A stretch of 64,000 nucleotides of DNA from Nitrospinaceae bacterium. GTDB lineage: Bacteria; Nitrospinota; Nitrospinia; Nitrospinales; Nitrospinaceae. This document shows positions 1 through 7,371 of the stretch, piece after piece. Under the pieces are notes generated by a model. That model searched no databases. It saw only the letters and a list, made by a program, of their open reading frames with translations, and was not told the origin of the DNA. The stretch lies in assembly GCA_965223665.1 (NCBI GenBank), contig OZ245011.1, forward strand, positions 1,856,001 to 1,920,000, given 5' to 3'. Numbering within the stretch: the first letter of the stretch is position 1; each line of letters begins with the position of its first letter. A program made the position numbers and the translations under genes.

Positions 1-8
1 ATATGACC

Positions 9-36
9 TTGACTGTATCGAAAAGGATTTTATTAA
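9..36 (+). promoter_or_regulatory. sigma70-like promoter of small secreted protein copy 1
   Basis: TTGACT-N16-TATTAA; equivalent TTGACA-N16-TATAAA upstream of paralog at 6640-6667. Confidence 0.55.
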
Positions 37-44
37 TCTTATAA

Positions 45-155
45 CAAACCCGAGTAGCCGGATAGCTACAACCTAATAATAGGGGTTGAAAGTAAGACAT
101 GTTGATTTCTTAATTAATGATTAACTTCGGGTTTGGGTCCCACAATTTCCGGCTA
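45..155 (+). ncRNA. candidate structured cis-regulatory leader RNA (pseudoknot), copy 1
   Basis: Pairings 46-53/127-134, 55-62/148-155, 69-74/83-88, 101-106/120-125 are all retained in copy 2, with compensatory or G-U changes in three of the helices. Confidence 0.6.
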
Positions 156-188
156 TAACTTTTCATTTATTTTTTTAAGGAGGTTACC

Positions 189-428
189 ATGAAAAAACTC
201 TTATTTTTATTGATCACCGTTTCATTTTTAATTGGAATTTCCTCAGTCAACGCATTTGCCAGCGAACCGGCACCCGATCCTATGGACCGCCATGCAGTCT
301 GGACTAATACCTCCACTGTTGGAAAGGGCGGCACGGCACCCATGCCTATGACCACCAAAGGTGACAAGGGAAAAACTTTTGACTTTATTCGTGAAACAAA
401 GTCTTACGAATACAATAAAAATTCTTAA
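189..428 (+). CDS. small secreted protein (79 aa), paralog of 6822..7064
   Basis: AAGGAGG RBS, Sec signal peptide ending AFA, motifs DRHAVWT and FDFIRETKSYEYNK shared with paralog. Confidence 0.85.
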   Translation: MKKLLFLLITVSFLIGISSVNAFASEPAPDPMDRHAVWTNTSTVGKGGTAPMPMTTKGDKGKTFDFIRETKSYEYNKNS

Positions 429-447
429 TTAATCGTTAACCTGTTTT

Positions 448-481
448 ACGGCTCCTCCTAAAAGAGGAGCCGTTTTTTTTT
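448..481 (+). terminator. intrinsic terminator
   Basis: ACGGCTCCTC-loop-GAGGAGCCGT followed by T run. Confidence 0.85.
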
Positions 482-581
482 ATCTGTTCGCAAAAGTTTT
501 GCGGGTGGATGTAGAGGACTTCTTTATATCGGGTTGAGTTTTGTCCTCATTTTTCAGGCTAAAATCTGTTAACCGATTTTG

Positions 582-1745
582 TCAGGAAGAAGATTCCAAT
601 ACAAGAGGAATTTCAATATGTTTACCTTCACGCCACAATTTCACTTTCACAGTGTCGCCAATCTGGTAGCGATTAATTACCTTAACCAGGTCATCCATCT
701 TTCCTATCTTTTCATCATTGATGGCAAGGATGATATCGCCTCCTACAGCAAAACTTAAATTGCCAATGATTAAATTCGTGTGGCCTCCTTTAATACCACT
801 TTTACGTGCCGGGCTTCCCGGAAAGGTTTCCACAACCAAAACACCGGTTTCCAGACTGATATTGAGAATCTTTCCCAATTCGGGGTTCAGGTTTAAACCC
901 GAAATGCCTATCCAGGGTTTCGCGTACTTCCCTGTGGTGATCAGCTGTATGGCTACCGCCTTGGCACGATTGACCGGGATGGAAAATCCAATTCCCTGAT
1001 ACCCGCCGGACAAACTGAAAATAGCGGTGTTGATTCCGATCACTTCACCGCTGGAGTTGAGTAACGGTCCCCCTGAGTTTCCGGGGTTGATGGCCGCATC
1101 GGTTTGGATGAGATCGTACAACACGCCGCCGTCATTACTTTGGATTTGTCGATTCAGCGCACTCACGATACCCACCGTCATGGTGTGGGACAGTCCGAAT
1201 GGGTTTCCAATCGCAATAGCTTTTTGTCCTACTTTAATCTTGTCCGAATTCCCCAGAACCGCAACACGGGTTACATATTTCTCCGGAATTTTTATTACCG
1301 CCAAATCAGAGGAGGGATCTCGGCCAATTAAAACCGCATCCACTTTTTTCTGGTTTCCCAGCGTAACAGTGATAATCTTTGCGTTTTCTACCACATGGTT
1401 ATTCGTCAGAATATAACCCTTTTTATCAATAATGAATCCCGTGCCCTGCCCCTGTTTCGGAATAATGTTCCTCCAGTAGTTCATGGTCAAGGTGGTAGCA
1501 GCAATATTCACCACCGCTTCATGCACCTGTTCGAATACATCCGTAGTGATTTTTTCATCGGGCGAAATAACGAGGGGACGGTCCAATTTTTCAGGCCGAT
1601 TGAAATCCAGTTCCTGAGCCGACGGCGAATCCACCACTGCTAAAGAAATTTTTTCCCATTGGCCCCACAGGGTCAGCAACAGGGCAAACAGCATTAGAAT
1701 CCAGAAGTGTGATTTTGAATTTTTAAATGATGAAAATAAGTTCAT
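582..1745 (-). CDS. htrA: HtrA/DegP-family serine protease with one PDZ domain
   Basis: TNNHVV, DLAV, QTDAAINPGNSGGPL catalytic triad motifs; N-terminal hydrophobic anchor; C-terminal PDZ. Confidence 0.92.
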   Translation of the reverse strand: MNLFSSFKNSKSHFWILMLFALLLTLWGQWEKISLAVVDSPSAQELDFNRPEKLDRPLVISPDEKITTDVFEQVHEAVVNIAATTLTMNYWRNIIPKQGQGTGFIIDKKGYILTNNHVVENAKIITVTLGNQKKVDAVLIGRDPSSDLAVIKIPEKYVTRVAVLGNSDKIKVGQKAIAIGNPFGLSHTMTVGIVSALNRQIQSNDGGVLYDLIQTDAAINPGNSGGPLLNSSGEVIGINTAIFSLSGGYQGIGFSIPVNRAKAVAIQLITTGKYAKPWIGISGLNLNPELGKILNISLETGVLVVETFPGSPARKSGIKGGHTNLIIGNLSFAVGGDIILAINDEKIGKMDDLVKVINRYQIGDTVKVKLWREGKHIEIPLVLESSS

Positions 1746-1773
1746 TTTTTTCCTGTTTTTTTCAGCCCCTAAC

Positions 1774-1802
1774 TTGACAGAAAATCTAGTGGGTATTATT
1801 TA
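1774..1802 (+). promoter_or_regulatory. sigma70-like promoter of hsp20 pair
   Basis: TTGACA-N17-TATTTA; same -35/-10 as the promoter of the hsp20 at 3609-4055. Confidence 0.5.
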
Positions 1803-1923
1803 ATTTATAGGAAGGTAATAAAATGTGTCCGTTTGTATGTCAAGAGAAGGAATCTGTTTTGTGCAGTGGTTAACACTCATGGGCTAACAAGCCATGAAAT
1901 TTCAATAATTTTTAATTGGAGGT

Positions 1924-2436
1924 ATGACCATGAACCTTAAAGAACTGATTCCCTGGTATCGGGATAAAGATGGAAATTTGTTGAAAAACACCGATGATAA
2001 TCCTTTTTTGACTTTACAACGGGAAATGAATCAGATGTTCGACAGTTTCTCCCGATCCATTTTCGACGACTCCTCCTTTTTTAAGGGAAGAGGATCCGGG
2101 ATGGTATCCACTAAAATGGATGTTAAGGAAACTGATAAAAATATCCAGGTGACATTGGAACTACCCGGAATCGAGGAAAAGGATATTGATGTGAATGTTA
2201 CCAAAGATCTGCTGACGATTAAGGGGGAAAAACAAGCAGAAAAGGACGAAAAGAAAGAGGGCTATCATTTGATTGAAAGATCCTTCGGTTCTTTTCATCG
2301 GTCTGTCCCTTTACCACCGGGTGTAGAAACAGATCAGGTGAAAGCGAATTTTAAAAATGGAGTGCTGAAAATAACGCTTCCTAAATCTGAGGAAGCACAA
2401 AAAGAAACAAAAAAAGTCGAGATTAGTTCCGACTAG
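1924..2436 (+). CDS. Hsp20/alpha-crystallin small heat-shock protein
   Basis: ELPG, ERSFGSFHRS, ANFKNGVLKITLPK, C-terminal VEI motif. Confidence 0.95.
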   Translation: MTMNLKELIPWYRDKDGNLLKNTDDNPFLTLQREMNQMFDSFSRSIFDDSSFFKGRGSGMVSTKMDVKETDKNIQVTLELPGIEEKDIDVNVTKDLLTIKGEKQAEKDEKKEGYHLIERSFGSFHRSVPLPPGVETDQVKANFKNGVLKITLPKSEEAQKETKKVEISSD

Positions 2437-2542
2437 AAAAAAATGAGGCAATAGCAAAAGTGGGCCTGCCCTCTTATCTCTATTGCCTCAGCTTTATGCG
2501 AAAGATAATTTGGGTCTCAATGTTTTTAAAAGGGGCAATGTG

Positions 2543-3235
2543 ATGAAACCAAATGATTTTTCAAAAACAAATATTTCAGACACACCACCTGAAGCCAACG
2601 ACGCAGAGATGCATCGGATGAATGAATCCTACATGAACGATTTCGAGTCAAGGCGGCAATTTAAAATTAATCAGTGGCTGTGGGTAGCCATCGTGGTACT
2701 CTCTGTGATCATTGCAGTGCAAAGTTACCTGTTGTGGAAACCGCTGCAGCAACAATCTAAAGGGGATTCCTCGTCTTTAGGTTTAAAAATGGATGATTTG
2801 TTTAAACAAAAAGATCCGATAGGTCAATGGGACGCATTTGATGAATTTCAGAAAATGCAAAAGCGAATGGATGACTTTTTTAAAGAGTCTACTTCCCAAT
2901 GGGAAACCCACGAACCCCCAATGAAAAGTTTTTCCTTCGGCGGGCCGTTTTCTCAACAATACGATTTAAAAGAAACGGATGATCAAGTCATCGTTTCTTT
3001 AAATCTGCCAGGGTTAAATGAAACGAATATCGATGTGACCGTTCAAGAGGGTACTTTAAAAATCAGTGGAACCCTGCGGGAAGAAAAGAAGCGAAGCAAA
3101 GACAACTCCACCTTTCAAAGCAAAAGATCTTCTCATTTTGAGCGTTATCTCACCCTTCCCCAACCGGTTAAGGAAAACTCCCTGAAAGTAGACTACGAGG
3201 ACAATACCTTAACTGTTCAATTGGATAAAAAATAA
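2543..3235 (+). CDS. membrane-anchored Hsp20-family protein
   Basis: TM helix WLWVAIVVLSVIIAVQSYLLW then alpha-crystallin domain (NLPG, FERYLTLP, YEDNTLTV); start chosen at ATG 2543 after AGGGG. Confidence 0.85.
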   Translation: MKPNDFSKTNISDTPPEANDAEMHRMNESYMNDFESRRQFKINQWLWVAIVVLSVIIAVQSYLLWKPLQQQSKGDSSSLGLKMDDLFKQKDPIGQWDAFDEFQKMQKRMDDFFKESTSQWETHEPPMKSFSFGGPFSQQYDLKETDDQVIVSLNLPGLNETNIDVTVQEGTLKISGTLREEKKRSKDNSTFQSKRSSHFERYLTLPQPVKENSLKVDYEDNTLTVQLDKK

Positions 3236-3476
3236 CCTGCGAAAAGACATCTTGCCGTTTAACAGAAAAGGTTTTTAAGAAGTTGACGGCGAATCTCCAT
3301 TTGTCCTGGAGGCTCCTGTATTTTCCAGTGTCTGCGACAATAACAAACCGGAAAGAATTTAAAAAATAAAGTTGCCTCCTCCAGTTTAAGTTTTTTTAGG
3401 ACAAATACTCGGGGTAAGAAAGGCTCTTCAATTTTAAGACAAAATCAAAGTTAATGGTAAGCTCTGAATTTTCCAC

Positions 3477-3512
3477 AAAAAAAAAGCCTGCGCTCGAAGA
3501 AAACGCAGGCTT
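3477..3512 (-). terminator. intrinsic terminator of minus-strand hsp20
   Basis: AAGCCTGCG/CGCAGGCTT stem preceded by an A run on + strand. Confidence 0.75.
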
Positions 3513-3608
3513 ATTGGTTCAAAGGTTAGGTTGTTAAAGGACCTCGTAAAATTTAAATCTCCGAGCCAAACCCGTTCCCGGGGCCTGGCCCGCAGACAGT
3601 TTCATATT

Positions 3609-4055
3609 TTAGGAGGTGCCCTGGATTTCGACCTTCACGGTCTTGGGTTTCACTTCCTCACGCTTGGGCAGAACCAGAGTCAGAACTCCGCTGTCCAGCT
3701 TCGCGGAGATCTTCTCCGGGTCCACTCCATCACCTAGCACAAAGGAGCGTTCAAAACTTTGTGATGCAAATTCACGCATGTGATAGTTTTCCTCTTGCTT
3801 CTCAGTCTTTTCTTCTACATGACCTTTGAGGAACAGTTTACCGTCGCGAGTTTCCACACTGATGTCTTTTTCAGTCAATCCGGGAACCTGCGCCGTTAGT
3901 GTAAAGTTATCTTCGTTTTCTACCACATTCACTTTGACAGAACTCGTTTTCGCAGGAGCCCACTCAGGGTTCCAGCGAAACGCATTATTAAAAAATGGAT
4001 CGTCATCAAAAAAACGATCAATAAAATGATTTGGTTTATAAGTTACTACATTCAT
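3609..4055 (-). CDS. Hsp20/alpha-crystallin small heat-shock protein
   Basis: QVPG, FERSFVL, AKLDSGVLTLVLPK, VEI. Confidence 0.95.
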   Translation of the reverse strand: MNVVTYKPNHFIDRFFDDDPFFNNAFRWNPEWAPAKTSSVKVNVVENEDNFTLTAQVPGLTEKDISVETRDGKLFLKGHVEEKTEKQEENYHMREFASQSFERSFVLGDGVDPEKISAKLDSGVLTLVLPKREEVKPKTVKVEIQGTS

Positions 4056-4154
4056 TTGGGACCTCCAGTTATGTAATTCATCCTAAAAATAAAACAATTT
4101 TTTGTTATTGATTAATTTTTAAGAGCCGGCACTCATTTAACTTGTTCTGCTTAA

Positions 4155-4183
4155 TAAATAAAATCGCCATTTTCACCTGTCAA
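4155..4183 (-). promoter_or_regulatory. sigma70-like promoter of hsp20
   Basis: Minus strand TTGACA-N17-TATTTA. Confidence 0.55.
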
Positions 4184-4341
4184 GGTGACAAGTCATTTTT
4201 TTTATTTTCTGAAATTTCAAACCATTGAAAAAACCTTAAAATAAGGGCTGTTTCGACGATCCCCCTAAATTTCCAATCACTTACCCTCTCACCAAAATTG
4301 TAAAATTCTGACAAAAAATTAAAACTTTTCTGTAATTTTTT

Positions 4342-4356
4342 TCAGAGTTTTTCTGA
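4342..4356. promoter_or_regulatory. candidate NarL/LuxR-type operator
   Basis: TCAG-N7-CTGA palindrome; related boxes at 15982, 20096, 20119. Confidence 0.4.
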
Positions 4357-4478
4357 TTGTCGAAACTAAACCGTTTTTTTTAATATAAAGAACGTTCCTT
4401 ATATAGGGCAGGATTTTAGGGTTTTTTTAATTGATAGAATTCGTTTTAAAACATTCCATTTGAGAAAGGTTGTATTGC

Positions 4479-5003
4479 ATGTGTGGTCAGGATCACTTAA
4501 CTCCCATTTATGAGTCTGGTTTAAGTAAAATTGAAAAATGGTCCGGGAGTTTGCACACTCTGCTATCTTACGATTCGGACTATTTATCGCTGAAAATCTG
4601 GCAGAATATTTTACACCTGCAAGGTCAAATGCTTCAGGAATGCATTGCCAAAGAAGCTCCTATATATCTCTTTCTTCCGCCTTCCAACTCCAGAGAAAAT
4701 GAAATTCAAATTCAAAACAGGGCTCATGTAAAAAACATTTCGATGAGCTCTGTCTTGAATTTATCGATTGTTTCCAAAAACAGTGGAAAAGAAATTTTGT
4801 CCGTAAGAGAACTCTCTCCCCACAAAGAGTTGCAGTTTGAGTTTAAGAAGGAAGGAGCCTATGAATTGATTTATTCCTTCGTAAATCAGCAAAAATTCGA
4901 GAAACAAATTATTAAAGTGGTTCCCAGGCGCGATTCCTCCCAACCCTATCCACCCAACTATAACCCGGACCTCAATCCCAACTGGGCCAAACGGATTTAT
5001 TAA
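4479..5003 (+). CDS. hypothetical protein, possible cupredoxin-like beta-sandwich without Cu ligands; paralog of 20221..20673
   Basis: Clear alignment with 20221 ORF (IWxNIL, IYLF, SM.S.LNLSI, EF.KEG.(Y/F)E.IY.F, IKV.P, PN(Y/F).P.L.P.W). Confidence 0.7.
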   Translation: MCGQDHLTPIYESGLSKIEKWSGSLHTLLSYDSDYLSLKIWQNILHLQGQMLQECIAKEAPIYLFLPPSNSRENEIQIQNRAHVKNISMSSVLNLSIVSKNSGKEILSVRELSPHKELQFEFKKEGAYELIYSFVNQQKFEKQIIKVVPRRDSSQPYPPNYNPDLNPNWAKRIY

Positions 5004-5050
5004 ATTAAATACTTTCATTCTGGCCTATCCGTTCTAAGCAGAATAAACTT

Positions 5051-6052
5051 TTATTGGGGAGAGTCTATGGAATCTCGAATTTCTTCAATCCAGGGACCGG
5101 AAAGGAGTTGGTCAAAATGTTGAATGTATTTAAGGGACATTTCTTGGAGCAAATCCGAATTGTGCGCCAGGCGTTCGACTTGAACCCACAAATTCCATTC
5201 CTTTCGTAAGCTCCAATTCGGATCGTTCAATCTTGAATCCGGCAAACGGTAATGAAAAGTTGGCCGCGCAGAAGTCAGGTCGTCATTTAGCTGTTTTTCA
5301 ACTTTTTCTCTATTCAAAAACGTAAGTAACGGTAGTAAATCCAATTCTCGATTACGGGTCGAATTATCCGACAAATAATCATCTATAAATTGATTTAAAT
5401 CGGGTTGATACGCACTATTCATTATCTTAAGGCAATACGATTCCGGAAACGAATTAATATAGGGAGATATTTTTCGAGCCACATCCACATCAATGGCCTC
5501 GTGAAGCCAGTCACTTAACAGAAGAAATGCCCGCAAATGATTTAGGATCGCCTCCACCTTCCTGGAAGGAACTTCAGGATTGATATGAACCCCAAAGGCA
5601 AATATAAAAGCTTCATCGGTACCTTTAACATCCAGTTCCTTTAAGCCGTCGACTAAAGCATCCAACTCATTTAAGCGATCCAGCGGGATGGCATCGGTAA
5701 TCACTTCATACGGAACGACGGATTTGCTAATATCCCCAACAATTTCGCACAACTTTTCCACTGCTTCATATTTAAGAAACCGTTCCAATTCACTTTCGTC
5801 CAGTTGGTCTTCGGAAGATTTTTCAGGATGCACCAGTTGCGTATCGAGTTGCACTGAAAAATCACCCAACTTGCTTTTCAGAATTTTATAGTAATGTGCA
5901 TTGACGGTTTCGAGACGGCCACCAAAAATATCCTTAATTTTCTCTGCCACTTCCAACGGGTTTTCTGCAGCAAACTCGATTTCAAAACCAACGGTTCGCG
6001 TTTTGCCCTTATCGTTTTGGATAATGGGAGGCAGTAAAAAGGAATCATTCAT
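5051..6052 (-). CDS. putative amidoligase (COOH-NH2 ligase, Amidoligase_2-like)
   Basis: GFEIEF, YEVIT, FGVHINP, RNRELDLLP, RPTFHYRLPD motifs. Confidence 0.85.
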   Translation of the reverse strand: MNDSFLLPPIIQNDKGKTRTVGFEIEFAAENPLEVAEKIKDIFGGRLETVNAHYYKILKSKLGDFSVQLDTQLVHPEKSSEDQLDESELERFLKYEAVEKLCEIVGDISKSVVPYEVITDAIPLDRLNELDALVDGLKELDVKGTDEAFIFAFGVHINPEVPSRKVEAILNHLRAFLLLSDWLHEAIDVDVARKISPYINSFPESYCLKIMNSAYQPDLNQFIDDYLSDNSTRNRELDLLPLLTFLNREKVEKQLNDDLTSARPTFHYRLPDSRLNDPNWSLRKEWNLWVQVERLAHNSDLLQEMSLKYIQHFDQLLSGPWIEEIRDSIDSPQ

Positions 6053-6158
6053 TCACTTCTCCTTTATTTTTTGTGATCACAAAAATCTAAATCTTCCCCA
6101 GGACACCGGCCCACATCGTAGAAACCTTTATGGTCAGTTTCGCTTCCTCCTTCATACC

Positions 6159-6458
6159 TCACAGTATTTTACTTTTCACCCAATCCTTAATTCCTTCAAA
6201 AGTCGCGTTCAGGTCTTCACCCAAACCATCCAGCTTGGCTTTCAATCCTTCCAGGGCACTGTCTTCCGCATTTATAAGTAGACTTTGCAGTTCCTTAATG
6301 ACGGCAATTTGTTTTCTAAGGTTAACGATATGCTCCTCATATTGTTCTTTAATTTCATCCGAGGCATTTTCCAGGTCTTTTTTTAGAACCTCAATATTAA
6401 ATGTATATTGTTCCAGCTTTTGATCCAGCTGGTCCAGATACTCTTGTTTTTTAAACAT
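6159..6458 (-). CDS. small coiled-coil protein
   Basis: Heptad-rich helical sequence; GGGG RBS before ATG 6458. Confidence 0.7.
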   Translation of the reverse strand: MFKKQEYLDQLDQKLEQYTFNIEVLKKDLENASDEIKEQYEEHIVNLRKQIAVIKELQSLLINAEDSALEGLKAKLDGLGEDLNATFEGIKDWVKSKIL

Positions 6459-6639
6459 GGTTTCCCCTTGCAAAAAAGTGAACTCCTTATCCTTTTATCA
6501 CTAAACAGATTTAAATTGAAAGATTTTTAATTCAGGTATTTAAGAGAGACCCTTTCCAATGAAAAGTAATTCCTATAAAAGCCGAGACTATCAACCCAAA
6601 GGGCATCCTGAATTTTTTTTAATTTTTTTTCTACTGACC

Positions 6640-6667
6640 TTGACAATTTTCCAGTCCATTTTATAAA
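6640..6667 (+). promoter_or_regulatory. sigma70-like promoter of small secreted protein copy 2
   Basis: TTGACA-N16-TATAAA. Confidence 0.6.
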
Positions 6668-6675
6668 TAAATTAA

Positions 6676-6788
6676 CAAGCCTGATTGGCCGGAATATTTG
6701 CAACCTGACTTTAAGGGTTGAACTAAAACCATGATGATTTCTTAATTAATGAATTATTTCGGGCTTTAATCTTTTTTGGTTCCGGCTG
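6676..6788 (+). ncRNA. candidate structured cis-regulatory leader RNA (pseudoknot), copy 2
   Basis: 6677-6684/6759-6766, 6686-6694/6780-6788, 6701-6706/6715-6720, 6733-6739/6752-6758 pairings equivalent to copy 1. Confidence 0.6.
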
Positions 6789-6821
6789 TAACTTTTCATT
6801 TTTTTTCTTTAGGAGGTTACC

Positions 6822-7064
6822 ATGAAAAAACTCTTATTTTTATTGATTGCAACTACCCTACTCATCGGATTTTCAGGAGTCAGCGCTTTTGCCAAAGACC
6901 CCGCTTCCCCCGAAGTAGACCGTCACGCCGTATGGACCCATGCCACTTCATCTGGCAAATGGAGTCAAGGCCCCATGATCTCAAAAGACCGCAAAAGCAA
7001 TCCTTTTGACTTTATTCGTGAAACAAAATCTTACGAATATAATAAAGGCAGTAAACAATCTTAA
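6822..7064 (+). CDS. small secreted protein (80 aa), paralog of 189..428
   Basis: AGGAGG RBS, signal peptide ending AFA, shared conserved motifs. Confidence 0.85.
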   Translation: MKKLLFLLIATTLLIGFSGVSAFAKDPASPEVDRHAVWTHATSSGKWSQGPMISKDRKSNPFDFIRETKSYEYNKGSKQS

Positions 7065-7077
7065 TTAATAACCTATG

Positions 7078-7108
7078 AGCGGCTCCTCTCAGGAAGAGGA
7101 GTCGCTTT
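7078..7108 (+). terminator. terminator-like hairpin (weak U tail), homologous to 448-481
   Basis: AGCGGCTCCTCT/AGAGGAGTCGCT stem then TTT. Confidence 0.55.
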
Positions 7109-7171
7109 AAAATTTAACGTGCCCTAAAAATAATCCGGTTTTAAACTTTCTTTTAACAAAAAGGAGGAGCC

Positions 7172-7357
7172 ATGACCGTTGCGGAAATAACTCGAAATGA
7201 AGAAACGCGCGCCGTGGAAGAATCACAGGCGGATAACCTGAAACAAAAAATTGAAGGTAGCTTTAAATCCGAGAAAGACGAATTTCACCAACCGAAGTGG
7301 CAAAAGCGCTCTCTCATTCAGGACGCGTTTTACCGATACGGCGGGTATTATTCCTGA
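7172..7357 (+). CDS. small hypothetical protein (61 aa)
   Basis: Strong AAGGAGG RBS; ends FYRYGGYYS. Confidence 0.65.
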   Translation: MTVAEITRNEETRAVEESQADNLKQKIEGSFKSEKDEFHQPKWQKRSLIQDAFYRYGGYYS

Positions 7358-7371
7358 ATCGTTAATACGCT

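Noticed and set aside
45-155. HDV-like ribozyme interpretation of the leader pseudoknot
   Set aside because: The outer P1/P2 topology is similar, but there is no short P3/P1.1, and the segment that would carry P4 and the catalytic C is not conserved in copy 2.
189-428. RiPP precursor call for the duplicated peptides
   Set aside because: They have Sec signal peptides and there are no adjacent modifying enzymes or dedicated transporters.
1870-1896. CIRCE/HrcA operator or ROSE thermometer upstream of hsp20
   Set aside because: Only a half-site (TTAACACTC) and a short CATGG/CCATG hairpin; the second arm does not match.
4126-4153. CIRCE-like site at the minus-strand hsp20 promoter
   Set aside because: One arm (GAGTGCC) fits, but the other is weak and the spacing is off by one; not supportable.
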